The position numbers were made by a program, and so were the translations under genes. DNA of 64,000 nucleotides, taken from the NCBI GenBank assembly GCA_938084645.1, contig CALKEP010000001.1, forward strand, positions 96,001 to 160,000. The letters run 5' to 3'. Below are positions 28,114 through 37,471 of the stretch, in pieces. Numbering within the stretch: the first letter of the stretch is position 1; every line of letters begins with the position of its first letter. Source of the DNA: an uncultured Phycisphaerales bacterium. GTDB lineage: Bacteria; Planctomycetota; Phycisphaerae; Phycisphaerales; SM1A02. The notes beneath the pieces are model-generated. The model was not told where the DNA came from, searched no databases, and saw only the letters and a program-made list of their open reading frames with translations.

Positions 28114-29117
28114 GTCTGGCCGCCGTTGATTCGGTTCGTCATGCCGCCTCGTCCCGTCGATTGCGAGGGGGTGACGTCGAATCCGCTGGGTTGGAATCGA
28201 CCGGGAGCACCACGACCGCCGCCGCGACCCTCGCCACGGCCACCGCCCTCGCCACGGCCGGGGCCGCCACGGTTTCCCGCGCCGCGACCGCCCGGCCGGC
28301 CGAAATCCTGATTGCCACGTTCGCCGCCCATGCCTTCGCCCCCGGTCGGGTCGAGCACGCCACCACCCGCATCGGTCTCGGGATCCTCGATGTCCGCTTC
28401 CTCTTCCTCCTCTTCCTCCGGCTCGTAGTAGGGAGGAATGATCCGATCCACGGCGACGTGGGTCTTGAGGGTGACGAGGCCGTTCCCGTCCCTTTCGATG
28501 GTCCCGCCGTCCTCACCGGAAGCGGTGATGGTGATGCGGAAGCCCCACGGGAGTCCGTCGAGATCCGAATCCCATTCGTCGTACCACTCGAGGCCGTCGT
28601 ACGCCTCGATCTTGAATCCGACCACCCCTTCGGCCATCGGTGTCGCGACGCCCCCGCCCGCGGGGATGTCGTCGGGGACGGGATCGCGCCGTTGCCACAG
28701 CGTGGTGCCGTACCGATCCTCGTCCACGCGGTACTGCGTCTCGTATTCGCCGCCTTCACCGTTGTAGTCGATGTCCCCGAGGGGTTCGAGCCGGGTGTTG
28801 AACACGAGGATCTCGTCTCGATCGAGGTCGAGACGACTTCCGAGCCGGATGGTGCGTCCGCCGTCGTACAGCAGCACGCGGGTGTGGAAGAGGTCCGCGT
28901 CGCGAAGGATCGAGGAAAGATCCCGGCGAACGGCGTCCAGCGCCGAGTCCGCCCGTAGGTACGCCTGGAGCCTGGTCCGCGAGATCGCCCTCGCCCGCCC
29001 GACCTGCGACAGCGTGGACACGATGGTCACGAGAACCAGCGCTGCGATCACGCCGGCGAGGACGAGTTCGACCAGCGTGAACCCTCGTCGAATTCTAGAG
29101 ATCGTATGCCTCTTCAT
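28110..29117 (-). CDS. gspJ: T2SS minor pseudopilin GspJ with acidic and RGG-rich tail
   Basis: RRG-FTLVELV, RRDL, YDGLEWYDEW...LPWGFRITI. Confidence 0.8.
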   Translation of the reverse strand: MKRHTISRIRRGFTLVELVLAGVIAALVLVTIVSTLSQVGRARAISRTRLQAYLRADSALDAVRRDLSSILRDADLFHTRVLLYDGGRTIRLGSRLDLDRDEILVFNTRLEPLGDIDYNGEGGEYETQYRVDEDRYGTTLWQRRDPVPDDIPAGGGVATPMAEGVVGFKIEAYDGLEWYDEWDSDLDGLPWGFRITITASGEDGGTIERDGNGLVTLKTHVAVDRIIPPYYEPEEEEEEEADIEDPETDAGGGVLDPTGGEGMGGERGNQDFGRPGGRGAGNRGGPGRGEGGGRGEGRGGGRGAPGRFQPSGFDVTPSQSTGRGGMTNRINGGQT

Positions 29118-29562
29118 AACGCGCCTCTCGATCGATGGGTTCCTGGGGCTCTCGGATGGGATCCGGCTCTTCGCCGAGTTTCGCCGCGATGAGGGTCTCG
29201 CACTCGTAGGTGCGCCCGGTGTCGTGCGTCACGACCGCGAGCACTTCGTAGGGTTCGCCGACGCCCGGGTCGGAGATCCGGATTCGGTACTCGAATTCCT
29301 CGTATGGATAGTCCCCGCGTCCCGCGGAGGAGTGCAGATCCTGGTAATCGGCGGGGCCTTCGAGCAGGACCTCGCTCAGCAGGCTGTCGAGCATTCCGGC
29401 GGCAAGGACCTTGATCTCGCCTTCCCGCTGGGCCTCGAGGGAACGCGAGGTGAGGGAGAACAGGGTCGCGAGTCCGATCGCGAGGATCACGCCGGCGATC
29501 ACCACGTCGAGCAGCGCGAACCCCGGCCTTCCGTTCGCTCGGTTTCGGTGCAGGGACGACAT
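29095..29562 (-). CDS. gspI: T2SS minor pseudopilin GspI-like
   Basis: RPG-FALLDVVIAGVILAIG (Asp at +5); TGATG overlap with upstream gene; position between H and J. Confidence 0.7.
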   Translation of the reverse strand: MSSLHRNRANGRPGFALLDVVIAGVILAIGLATLFSLTSRSLEAQREGEIKVLAAGMLDSLLSEVLLEGPADYQDLHSSAGRGDYPYEEFEYRIRISDPGVGEPYEVLAVVTHDTGRTYECETLIAAKLGEEPDPIREPQEPIDREARYEEAYDL

Positions 29563-30149
29563 CACCAGTCCTCCCGATCGGCGCCGATCTCACCGAGGTC
29601 CGTCCGTTCCCGCAGGTAGGGCGGATCCGGGTCACCATCCCGGATGATCACGGGCCCGAGGCCGTGGGGAAGCAAGGCGATGTCGGCGCCGTCGCCGGTC
29701 TCCGATTCGATCCGGATGCGGATGTCGGGTCGGAGTCCGCTGGACGTCGAGGAGATGAACCAATCCGTGGGATCCAGGGCGGCGCCGTCGACCGTCACCC
29801 GGGTGAATTCGATGAACTCGGGAAGGATCAGGGAAGGCGCCATCGTGAGCGGGCGCCATTCACTGGCCTTGTCGTCGGTCTCCCGGAGCTGGAAGACGTC
29901 GAGACGCCGGTTCGCCGCGGTGTAGCTCAATGCGACGAGTTTCTGATCGGTCGATTCGGTGAAGGCGAATGCCGCGAACGCCGTTCCGACCCCTTCCACC
30001 ACGACGTCCAGTTCCCCGCGTGCGATCCCGCTCATTCGGGGCACGAGCATCGTTCCGAGCAAGACGAGCAGCACCGCCGCGATGATCACCTCGATGAGGC
30101 TGAATCCGCGGCGGTGGCGTGTTCGAGGTTGGGCGGGAGCGGTCTGCAG
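29562..30149 (-). CDS. gspH: T2SS minor pseudopilin GspH-like (start codon unresolved; CTG at 30149 assumed)
   Basis: In-frame RHRRG-FSLIEVIIAAVLL lies upstream of the ORF-track start (30089); position after gspG. Confidence 0.68.
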   Translation of the reverse strand: MQTAPAQPRTRHRRGFSLIEVIIAAVLLVLLGTMLVPRMSGIARGELDVVVEGVGTAFAAFAFTESTDQKLVALSYTAANRRLDVFQLRETDDKASEWRPLTMAPSLILPEFIEFTRVTVDGAALDPTDWFISSTSSGLRPDIRIRIESETGDGADIALLPHGLGPVIIRDGDPDPPYLRERTDLGEIGADREDW

Positions 30150-30170
30150 GGCGAGAAGTTCCGGAACGGG

Positions 30171-30602
30171 TCAGCGCTTGCCGTGGATGATGTCGTCTTC
30201 GCCGCCGAACTTCTTGTCCGGTCCATAGCTCATGACGTCGAATTCGATGTTCTGTTCACCGGGAATGATGATTTCGTAGGGAGTCCCCCAGGGGTCGATC
30301 AGGTCCGCGGAATTCTCGAGGTACGGATCGTCGCCGTCGAGGAGGACTTCGAGGGTGAAGTCGTCGTCGATGTTGCCCGTGGTGTTCTGCGTGATGTACA
30401 GGCGCACGGCGTTGGCGAGGCTGTTGACCTCGGCGACCGCCTTGTCCTCGTTCGCTCCGGCGAGGAACCGGGTCAGTCTCGGCACGACGAGCGTCGCGAG
30501 GAGCGCGACGATGGTCACCGCGATGATGACCTCGAGGAGGCTGAAGCCTCGTCGCGGAGCGTGGATACGGGACGTTGCGTGTCGGGAAGTGGTGCGGTTC
30601 AT
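30171..30602 (-). CDS. gspG: T2SS major pseudopilin GspG
   Basis: RRG-FSLLEVIIAVTIVALLATLVVP; DPWGTPY...PG...FDVMSYGPD...GGEDDI. Confidence 0.9.
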   Translation of the reverse strand: MNRTTSRHATSRIHAPRRGFSLLEVIIAVTIVALLATLVVPRLTRFLAGANEDKAVAEVNSLANAVRLYITQNTTGNIDDDFTLEVLLDGDDPYLENSADLIDPWGTPYEIIIPGEQNIEFDVMSYGPDKKFGGEDDIIHGKR

Positions 30603-30670
30603 TGCGTGTCGGTCCATGTCGTGGGACGGGCCGAAGGCCCTTGAGGAGGCGGAATCAACGGTGATGATAT

Positions 30671-31891
30671 TCATCGGCCCCCGGCGACCGCCTGCTGCAT
30701 CTCGAGGAGGGGAAGCAGGATGGCGGCGAGGACGAAGGCGGCGACGCAGGCCATCACGACCAGCATCGCCGGTGGGAGCGCCTTGCTGAAGATCTTGAGG
30801 CTGTTGTTCACCTGGCGATCGAACGCCGAAGCGGCGTGGAGGAGCATCCCTTCCAGCCGGCCGGATCGTTCTCCGATGTTGACGATCTGGACGAGGAGCG
30901 GTGGGAAGTGGCCGCATCGTTCGAGCGGCGTGGCGAGCGAGCCGCCGGTGGTGACGCGTTCCCGAACCTCGTCGATCGCGTCCATCATCACCGTGTTGCC
31001 GAGCGTGTCCCGGACGATTCCGAGTGACGTCAGGATCGGGATGCCGGCGGCGCAGAGCGTGCCGAGGGTCCGGGTGAACCGGGCCACTGCGATGTCACGA
31101 AGAAGCGTGCCGAGGAGGGGGACCTTCAGGAGAAAGCCGTCGACCTTGCGTCGGTTCGCGGGGACCGCGGTCCAGGCCCGCCAGCCGAAGAAGCCGCCGA
31201 TCGCACCGGCGATCATGAGCCACCACCAGGCCCCGACGAAGTCGGCGACCGCGAGTAGGACCTGCGTCGGCCAGGGGAGCGGCACGTCCTGGGCCTGCAG
31301 CGGCACCATCAGTTTCGGAAGGAGCACCGTGACGAAGATCACCACGCTGATCGCCATGATGACCATCACGATCATCGGGTAGATCGTCGCCCCGACCAGT
31401 TCCCGCCGGACCTCGACGCTGCGTTCGAGAAGGTCGGAGAGCTGGTGCAGCACCTCGTGCATCTTCCCGGAGGCGTCCGCGGCGCGGATCATGCCGACGA
31501 CCATGTCGTCGAACGGGCCCCCGTACTCCTTGCAGGCCTCGTGCAGGGGACGACCCGACTCCACACGTGCGATGAGGAAGTCGAGGATGACCTCCTGTCG
31601 GACGTTCGCAGCCTGCCGACGCACGGTGACGAGTCCCTGCATCAGGGGCAGTCCCGCTTCGATCGCGGTGGCGAGTTCGCGCATGAGATTGGCGAGCTCG
31701 ACCGCGGAGATCGAGGGGCGGCTCTTCGAGTCGATGACCGCCGCCGCCTCCTCGGTGGACTCGACGATCTCCGTCGCCTGTCGACCGAGGGCGCGGATCC
31801 GGTCCACGGCGCCGGCTCGCGACGTGGCCGTGACGGTCCCCGACACCTTCTGGCCCTGTTCGTCGATTCCCTGATATGCGAATGCCGGCAT
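30671..31891 (-). CDS. gspF: T2SS inner-membrane platform protein GspF
   Basis: RELATAIEAGLP, ATIYP, ARFTRTLGTL, GERSGRL. Confidence 0.92.
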   Translation of the reverse strand: MPAFAYQGIDEQGQKVSGTVTATSRAGAVDRIRALGRQATEIVESTEEAAAVIDSKSRPSISAVELANLMRELATAIEAGLPLMQGLVTVRRQAANVRQEVILDFLIARVESGRPLHEACKEYGGPFDDMVVGMIRAADASGKMHEVLHQLSDLLERSVEVRRELVGATIYPMIVMVIMAISVVIFVTVLLPKLMVPLQAQDVPLPWPTQVLLAVADFVGAWWWLMIAGAIGGFFGWRAWTAVPANRRKVDGFLLKVPLLGTLLRDIAVARFTRTLGTLCAAGIPILTSLGIVRDTLGNTVMMDAIDEVRERVTTGGSLATPLERCGHFPPLLVQIVNIGERSGRLEGMLLHAASAFDRQVNNSLKIFSKALPPAMLVVMACVAAFVLAAILLPLLEMQQAVAGGR

Positions 31892-31897
31892 GGTCGG

Positions 31898-33631
31898 TCA
31901 AGCCCCGAAATCGTCGACGTCCTGGGTGGCCCGAAGGACCTCCTCAGGCGTGGTGAGTCCATCGATCGCCTTGCGGATCCCGTCCTCGCGCATGGTCACG
32001 AAGTCCTCGCCGAGCATCGTGCGAAGCTCCATGAGTGATCGCCCCTCGGAGATTCCGGCCCGCAGCGTGGGCGAGATCCTGATGAGTTCGTAGAAACCAA
32101 GACGGCCGCGGAATCCGGTGTTCGAGCACTTCTCGCAGCCGGTCCCGACGTACATCATGCCCTCGAGGCGGTCCGTCTCCTCGGGCGGCAGCCGATGCCG
32201 CAGATCCTCCGGCATCGGAACCCGCGTCTTGCAGTGGGTGCAGATCCGCCGGCCGAGTCGTTGGGCGAGCAGGCCTTCCAGGACCGACGCGACGAGGTAG
32301 GGCTCGGCTCCCATGTCGATCATTCGTCCGACGGAGGAGATCGCATCGTTGGTGTGCAGGGTCGAGAACACGAGGTGACCGGTGAGGGCCGATCGAATCA
32401 CGATGTCGACGGTCTCGGCATCACGGATCTCGCCGACGAAGATCACGTCGGGGTCCTGGCGGAGGATTGAACGAAGCCCCGAGGCGAAGGTGAGTCCGCG
32501 CTTCGGGTTGACGGGGATCTGGTTGATTCCCGAGAGCTCGTATTCGACCGGATCCTCGATGGTGATGATCTTCTTGCGGGGGTCGTACAGCTTGCTGAGG
32601 CCGGCGTAGAGGGAGGTCGTCTTTCCCGAGCCGGTGGGGCCGGTGACCAGGACCAGTCCGTGCGGCTTCGCGATCAACCGGTCCATCGTGTCCCGATCGC
32701 GCTCGGCCATTCCGAGGCTCTTGAGATCGAGGGGAAGCGATGACTTGTCGAGAATTCGCATCACGACCGACTCGCCGTACAACGTCGGCACCGTCGAGAC
32801 GCGGATGTCCACCTTGCGGCCCTCGAATCGCAGCGAGATGTGGCCGTCCTGGGGCACGTACCGCTCGGCGATGTTCATGTGGGCCATGATCTTGATTCGA
32901 CCGACGAGCGCGGCCTGGAGGTGCTTCGGCGGGGAGGGCTGCTCGCGGAGCACTCCGTCCACCCGGTACTTGACCTTGAGTTCGTCTTCGAAGGGTTCGA
33001 CGTGGACGTCGCTCGTCCGCGACTGGATCGCTTCGAGGAGCAGCAGGTTCACGAGGTTGATCAGCGACGGCTGCTCCGCCATCTGATGGACGTCGTCGGC
33101 TTCGATCGCGTCGAGGTTGTGTTCGGTCTCGGTCGCGATGTCGTCGTCGGCCGCGAGACTCTCCGCCATGCGGGCCGCGGTGGTTCCGTAGGCGGCCTTC
33201 ATCAGCTCGGCGAAGAGCGCCGGCTCGAGGCCGATCCGCACCACTTCGCGGGAGGTCCTGATCGCCACTTCGTCGACCGCCTCGGTATCGAGCGGATCGA
33301 GCATCACCACCGTCACGCGACCGGGCTCGAGGGTGATCGGGACCACGCGGAGTCGGACGGAGACCTCGGGCGGGAGCACTTCCGTGGCTTCCGTCTCGAA
33401 CTCGGGGATCCGGTCCAGCATCTGGATGCCCAGGAGTCGCAGGCGATCGAGATCCGGACCGACGGGCACCGTTTCCGGCGAGGAGTCGCCGGGAATCTCC
33501 AGCGTGATCTCGGGCGCAGCGGCTTCCTCATCCCCCCCGAAGGTGGTCGAGGACTCGAAACGCGGTTCTTCGCCGATCTGTTCGCTCACGAGGGTGTCGC
33601 TTCCTGATGGTGCCGGGGGGCGATGCGGCAC
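31898..33631 (-). CDS. gspE: T2SS/T4P assembly ATPase GspE/PilB
   Basis: SDVHVEP, PQDG, GPTGSGKTT, EDPVE, RQDPDVIFVGEIRD, Cys4 motif (CTHC...CEKC). Confidence 0.94.
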   Translation of the reverse strand: MPHRPPAPSGSDTLVSEQIGEEPRFESSTTFGGDEEAAAPEITLEIPGDSSPETVPVGPDLDRLRLLGIQMLDRIPEFETEATEVLPPEVSVRLRVVPITLEPGRVTVVMLDPLDTEAVDEVAIRTSREVVRIGLEPALFAELMKAAYGTTAARMAESLAADDDIATETEHNLDAIEADDVHQMAEQPSLINLVNLLLLEAIQSRTSDVHVEPFEDELKVKYRVDGVLREQPSPPKHLQAALVGRIKIMAHMNIAERYVPQDGHISLRFEGRKVDIRVSTVPTLYGESVVMRILDKSSLPLDLKSLGMAERDRDTMDRLIAKPHGLVLVTGPTGSGKTTSLYAGLSKLYDPRKKIITIEDPVEYELSGINQIPVNPKRGLTFASGLRSILRQDPDVIFVGEIRDAETVDIVIRSALTGHLVFSTLHTNDAISSVGRMIDMGAEPYLVASVLEGLLAQRLGRRICTHCKTRVPMPEDLRHRLPPEETDRLEGMMYVGTGCEKCSNTGFRGRLGFYELIRISPTLRAGISEGRSLMELRTMLGEDFVTMREDGIRKAIDGLTTPEEVLRATQDVDDFGA

Positions 33632-33661
33632 CGCCCCAGAATTTCCTGGTTGGATCGCGGA

Positions 33662-35047
33662 TCAATCGCTGCCGCGATCCTGCTTCCCGCCCTTGTCGCC
33701 CGACGGCGCAGTGCTTCTGGAGCCGACGCCGTCGCCGCGGTTCTTGCTCAATTCATCGGGGCTCTTGAATCGCGGACGCGCCGGATGCTCCTTGCCCGGT
33801 GCGAGCGTTCGGATCTTGTCGCTCCTGACTCCACTCGGGCTGCCGCCCGTGGCGCCCGCGGCGCCGTCGACCGATCGCGAGTTTCCGGGGAGGGCTCCCG
33901 TCTGCTCCGGGGTCAGCACCGCGAGGATGCGGCGTCGGGTCTCGTCGACGAGGTCGTTCTTCTCGGCGACGATCCGGTCGGCTTCGCTCTGGATCCGCTC
34001 CACCTTCTTGCCGTTTCGGCGGTCGATCATCCGCTGCACCTTGATCCGCGCCTCGCCCGGCTCATGCACGCGGAAGGCTTCCACGATCCGCATCTCGATG
34101 TTCTCGAGCCGAAGGTCGAAGTCGACTTCGATCTCGTCGAGCTGGGCCCGCTGGGCATCGGTGAGATCGGACAGCGTGCGGATGCTCTCGAGAAGCCGGG
34201 GAATGGGCGTGGGCCGGAACGCCCGCGGATATCCATCCGCCAGCGCCGCATCACGAAAGCGTTCGTTGAACTCGCCGGGCAGCGCTTCGGCGATACGCTC
34301 CAGGAACTCGTCCTGGATGCGTCGGACCTGCACCCGTGTCGCCATGATCTGATCCGTGGCCGCGAGACCGGCCTCGAAGTCCATCGAGGCCATCGCATCC
34401 TTGATCTGATCCTGAAGCGAATCGATCTTCGCGGCTCTCACCGCGAGCGCCTCATCGAGTGCGAGCTCGTAGTCGACGACGATCGGATCGATCGCCTCCT
34501 CGATCTCGTACGGGAATCGAAGGGTCCGCACGAGGGTGAAGAGGTCCACGGATTCGCCCATCAATTCGCCCTTGGGCAGTTCCTTCTCGCGTCGGAGCGT
34601 GCGTTCGAACCGTGGCCAGCGATCGATCTGGGCGCCGGTCAACTGTGCCCGGACGTTGTTGAGGAATGTCCGGCCGAGTTCGGCCCGCTCGGCATCCCAG
34701 ACCGCGAGGGGTTCGAGAATCATCTCCATGACCGCGTCCGGTCGGGCGTTTCCGATCCGGCTCTGGAGGCCACGCATCCGATTCTTCACGTCCTCCACGC
34801 CCGCTTCGTAGGACACCATGTAGTCCTGAAGAAGCACCTCGACGATCGGTCGCTGCCAGTCTTCAAGCTTGAGGATCTCGACGAAGAGGGGCATGTCCCG
34901 ATCCAGGAACTCGGGACGAAAGGAATCCGCGAATCCGGCCTGCGCCCCGAACTGGGCCGATGCAGGAGTCGAGATCGACATCGCGGTCCCCATGGAGAGG
35001 GCGGCGACGAGTACGGAGGACTTGAGTTGACGAAGAAGCATGGTCAT
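33662..35047 (-). CDS. Secreted alpha-helical protein of unknown function (paralog of 54067..55821)
   Basis: Signal peptide ending ASA-Q; Spy/CpxP-like LTxxQ motifs (LTGAQ, LTDAQ, LTPEQ). Confidence 0.7.
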   Translation of the reverse strand: MTMLLRQLKSSVLVAALSMGTAMSISTPASAQFGAQAGFADSFRPEFLDRDMPLFVEILKLEDWQRPIVEVLLQDYMVSYEAGVEDVKNRMRGLQSRIGNARPDAVMEMILEPLAVWDAERAELGRTFLNNVRAQLTGAQIDRWPRFERTLRREKELPKGELMGESVDLFTLVRTLRFPYEIEEAIDPIVVDYELALDEALAVRAAKIDSLQDQIKDAMASMDFEAGLAATDQIMATRVQVRRIQDEFLERIAEALPGEFNERFRDAALADGYPRAFRPTPIPRLLESIRTLSDLTDAQRAQLDEIEVDFDLRLENIEMRIVEAFRVHEPGEARIKVQRMIDRRNGKKVERIQSEADRIVAEKNDLVDETRRRILAVLTPEQTGALPGNSRSVDGAAGATGGSPSGVRSDKIRTLAPGKEHPARPRFKSPDELSKNRGDGVGSRSTAPSGDKGGKQDRGSD

Positions 35048-35252
35048 GAAACTCCGAAGCTTTGGAGCGGGGGCCCGAAGAGGACCGGCTGAGGCGGTTC
35101 CGAACGTTGAGCAGAACGCTGCACGGGGGAGAATATGGCACGCCGACACGAAGAAACGGCCGAGAAGGGCCCTTTTCGTCGTCCTCGGTCCAGATCCGCG
35201 ACGATTGTCGGAATGGAACCGGCTGGAGGACCGAATCGGCCAAAAGTGCGTC

Positions 35253-35951
35253 TCAGTCGGCGAGCACCGTCCGTTGCTCGATTCGCTTCTCGGACGTTGT
35301 GACGACGAGCCGATCGACGTACACCCCGGGGGTGTGGATCCCATCAGGGTCCAGCGTGCCGGTCTCGACGATTTCCTCCACCTCGACGACGGTGCGGCGG
35401 CCACATTCGGCCACCATCGGGTTGAAGTTCCGGGCCGTCTTCCGGTAGATCAGGTTTCCGCTCCGATCGGCCTTCCAGGCTTTCACGAGGGCGAGATCCG
35501 CTCGGATGCCACGCTCCATGACGTAGGGCTCACCATCGAATTCGCGGATCTCCTTCCCTTCCGCAACGAGGGTTCCAACGCCAGTACGGGTGTAGAAAGC
35601 CGGGATTCCGGCCCCTCCGGCCCGCATTCGTTCCGCGAGCGTGCCCTGTGGGTTGAATTCGACCTCGAGCTCACCGGCCATGAATTGCCGTTCGAATTCC
35701 GCATTCTCGCCGACGTAGCTGGAGACCATTTTTCGGATCTGCCGGGTCTGGAGCAGGAGACCCAGCCCCCAGTCGTCGACACCGGCGTTGTTGCTCACTG
35801 CGACGAGGTCGCTGGCCTTGGTGTCTCGAAGGGCGGTGATCAACTGCTCGGGGATGCCGCAGAGACCGAAGCCGCCGACGGCGATCGTCATCCCATTCTC
35901 CACGAGACCTTCGAGGGCGGCGGCGGGAGTGTCGAAGACCTTGTCGACCAT
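35253..35951 (-). CDS. scoA: 3-oxoacid CoA-transferase subunit A
   Basis: [43 protein letters not shown]. Confidence 0.93.
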   Translation of the reverse strand: MVDKVFDTPAAALEGLVENGMTIAVGGFGLCGIPEQLITALRDTKASDLVAVSNNAGVDDWGLGLLLQTRQIRKMVSSYVGENAEFERQFMAGELEVEFNPQGTLAERMRAGGAGIPAFYTRTGVGTLVAEGKEIREFDGEPYVMERGIRADLALVKAWKADRSGNLIYRKTARNFNPMVAECGRRTVVEVEEIVETGTLDPDGIHTPGVYVDRLVVTTSEKRIEQRTVLAD

Positions 35952-36150
35952 GGCAGTAATCCTTCAGGAACCGCTCGATTCCCGTGTTTCAGGGACTTCG
36001 GGCGTCATTTGCGGGCCGTAGAGTGTACCCCCTCCGGGGTGTCCTCGGATTGGTGGTGGCGTTTCCTCCGTCGCCCGGAACCATGCTGCGAGCCCGTCCC
36101 CCTTGAGCCCTGACGAACCCCAAGTCGCACCTCGCTCGGACGAGTCCGTC

Positions 36151-37389
36151 ATGACTCGACGGCGTGTTCTGGACTTCGTGCTCATCGGCGTGCTGCTGGT
36201 GCTCACGGCCCTTCCGGATGCGATGGTGGTGCCGATCCTCGAGGAGTTGATGGTCGAACGCTACGGGGTCGATCCGGGCCCCGCGCACGCGTTCATCTCC
36301 ATCAACCTGCTCGGAGGCCTGTGCGCCCTTCCCTTGCTTCGGACGACCATGCGAATCGGTCGGCCGGTCCTCGCCGTCGCGATCGCGGCGATCATGGACG
36401 GTCTGCTCCTGGCGGCGATGTGGCTTCCGATCGGATTCTGGCCGACGATCGTGCTGCGCGGCGTCGAGGGTGTCGCGGATGTCGTGGTGTTCGCAGTCGT
36501 CTTCGATCTCGTCGGTCAGTCCGGCAGGGCTCGGGCGGCCGGACTTCGTTTCGGTGTTGGGGCCGCGCTGCTCAGCATCGCCCTCGGTGGCGGGGCGATC
36601 CTCGGCGGTCAGATCGCTCGGGCGGACGATGGCACCGGGGATGCGGCGCGAGCCGTCTATCTGATCGGTGCCTCCGCCTGCTTCCTCGCGGGCGTCGTCG
36701 CCTTCCTCGGACGTCATCGACTTCGTCGCGTCGACGCCAAGTCCGTGGCGCCTTCGGCGCCGGCGGTGATCGAGACCTCGACCGCCCCGTCGCGGGCACC
36801 CCTCTGGCCGCTCCTTCTCATGGCCTCCGCCGATCGTGCTGCGGGTGGTCTCTTGACGGGAACCCTCGGGCTCTTCCTCGCCGAAGCGATCGATCTGGAT
36901 CCCTCGATCCGTGGTCGACTGATCGGGTCGGTGCTGCTGATGATGGGACTCGGCGCGATTCCGGCGGGTTGGGTGAGCGATCGATTCGGTGATCTTCGAA
37001 TCCGGACGATCGGCGGCATCGCGTTCGCGGCGGGCCTCTTCATGCTTCCGCTCGCCGCCGATGACCTGCCTTCGTTGATTCAGACGATGCTCCTGCTCGG
37101 CGTCGGCGGCGCAACTCTGCTTCCGACCTCGCTCGCCCTGCTCGATCGTCTGCATGGCGGCTTGTTCGGCATGGGCGGCTTTCGCGCGGCCGGAGATATC
37201 GGATTCCTGGTGGGCGTCTCGATGGCGGGGCTGCTTCTCCACCTTCTCGGGTCCGGTCGGTCATCACATTCCGAGTACGTCGCGGTCATCTGTGGATTCG
37301 CGATCATGCATCTCTGCACCACGCTCGTGGCCGTCCCGGCGCTGGCCCGCCGTGATCGAGCCCTGAAGCGAACACGGCAGGTGAACTGA
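36151..37389 (+). CDS. MFS transporter
   Basis: About 12 hydrophobic segments; GWVSDRFG motif A. Confidence 0.8.
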   Translation: MTRRRVLDFVLIGVLLVLTALPDAMVVPILEELMVERYGVDPGPAHAFISINLLGGLCALPLLRTTMRIGRPVLAVAIAAIMDGLLLAAMWLPIGFWPTIVLRGVEGVADVVVFAVVFDLVGQSGRARAAGLRFGVGAALLSIALGGGAILGGQIARADDGTGDAARAVYLIGASACFLAGVVAFLGRHRLRRVDAKSVAPSAPAVIETSTAPSRAPLWPLLLMASADRAAGGLLTGTLGLFLAEAIDLDPSIRGRLIGSVLLMMGLGAIPAGWVSDRFGDLRIRTIGGIAFAAGLFMLPLAADDLPSLIQTMLLLGVGGATLLPTSLALLDRLHGGLFGMGGFRAAGDIGFLVGVSMAGLLLHLLGSGRSSHSEYVAVICGFAIMHLCTTLVAVPALARRDRALKRTRQVN

Positions 37390-37411
37390 ACCGCGTGCAG
37401 CGTGCAGGACG

Positions 37412-37451
37412 AAGAAACCGCCCCGGGCGCGGGTGTCGCGTCGGGGCGGTT
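37412..37451. terminator. Stem-loop between convergent MFS and sigma genes
   Basis: AACCGCCCCG...CGGGGCGGTT inverted repeat; TTTCTTC follows on minus strand. Confidence 0.65.
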
Positions 37452-37471
37452 CGAGTGGATGTCCGCGGAGG

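Noticed and set aside
30171..30173. Selenocysteine recoding of the gspG TGA
   Set aside because: No recognisable bacterial SECIS hairpin downstream and no Cys-equivalent context; gspG ends at a normal length
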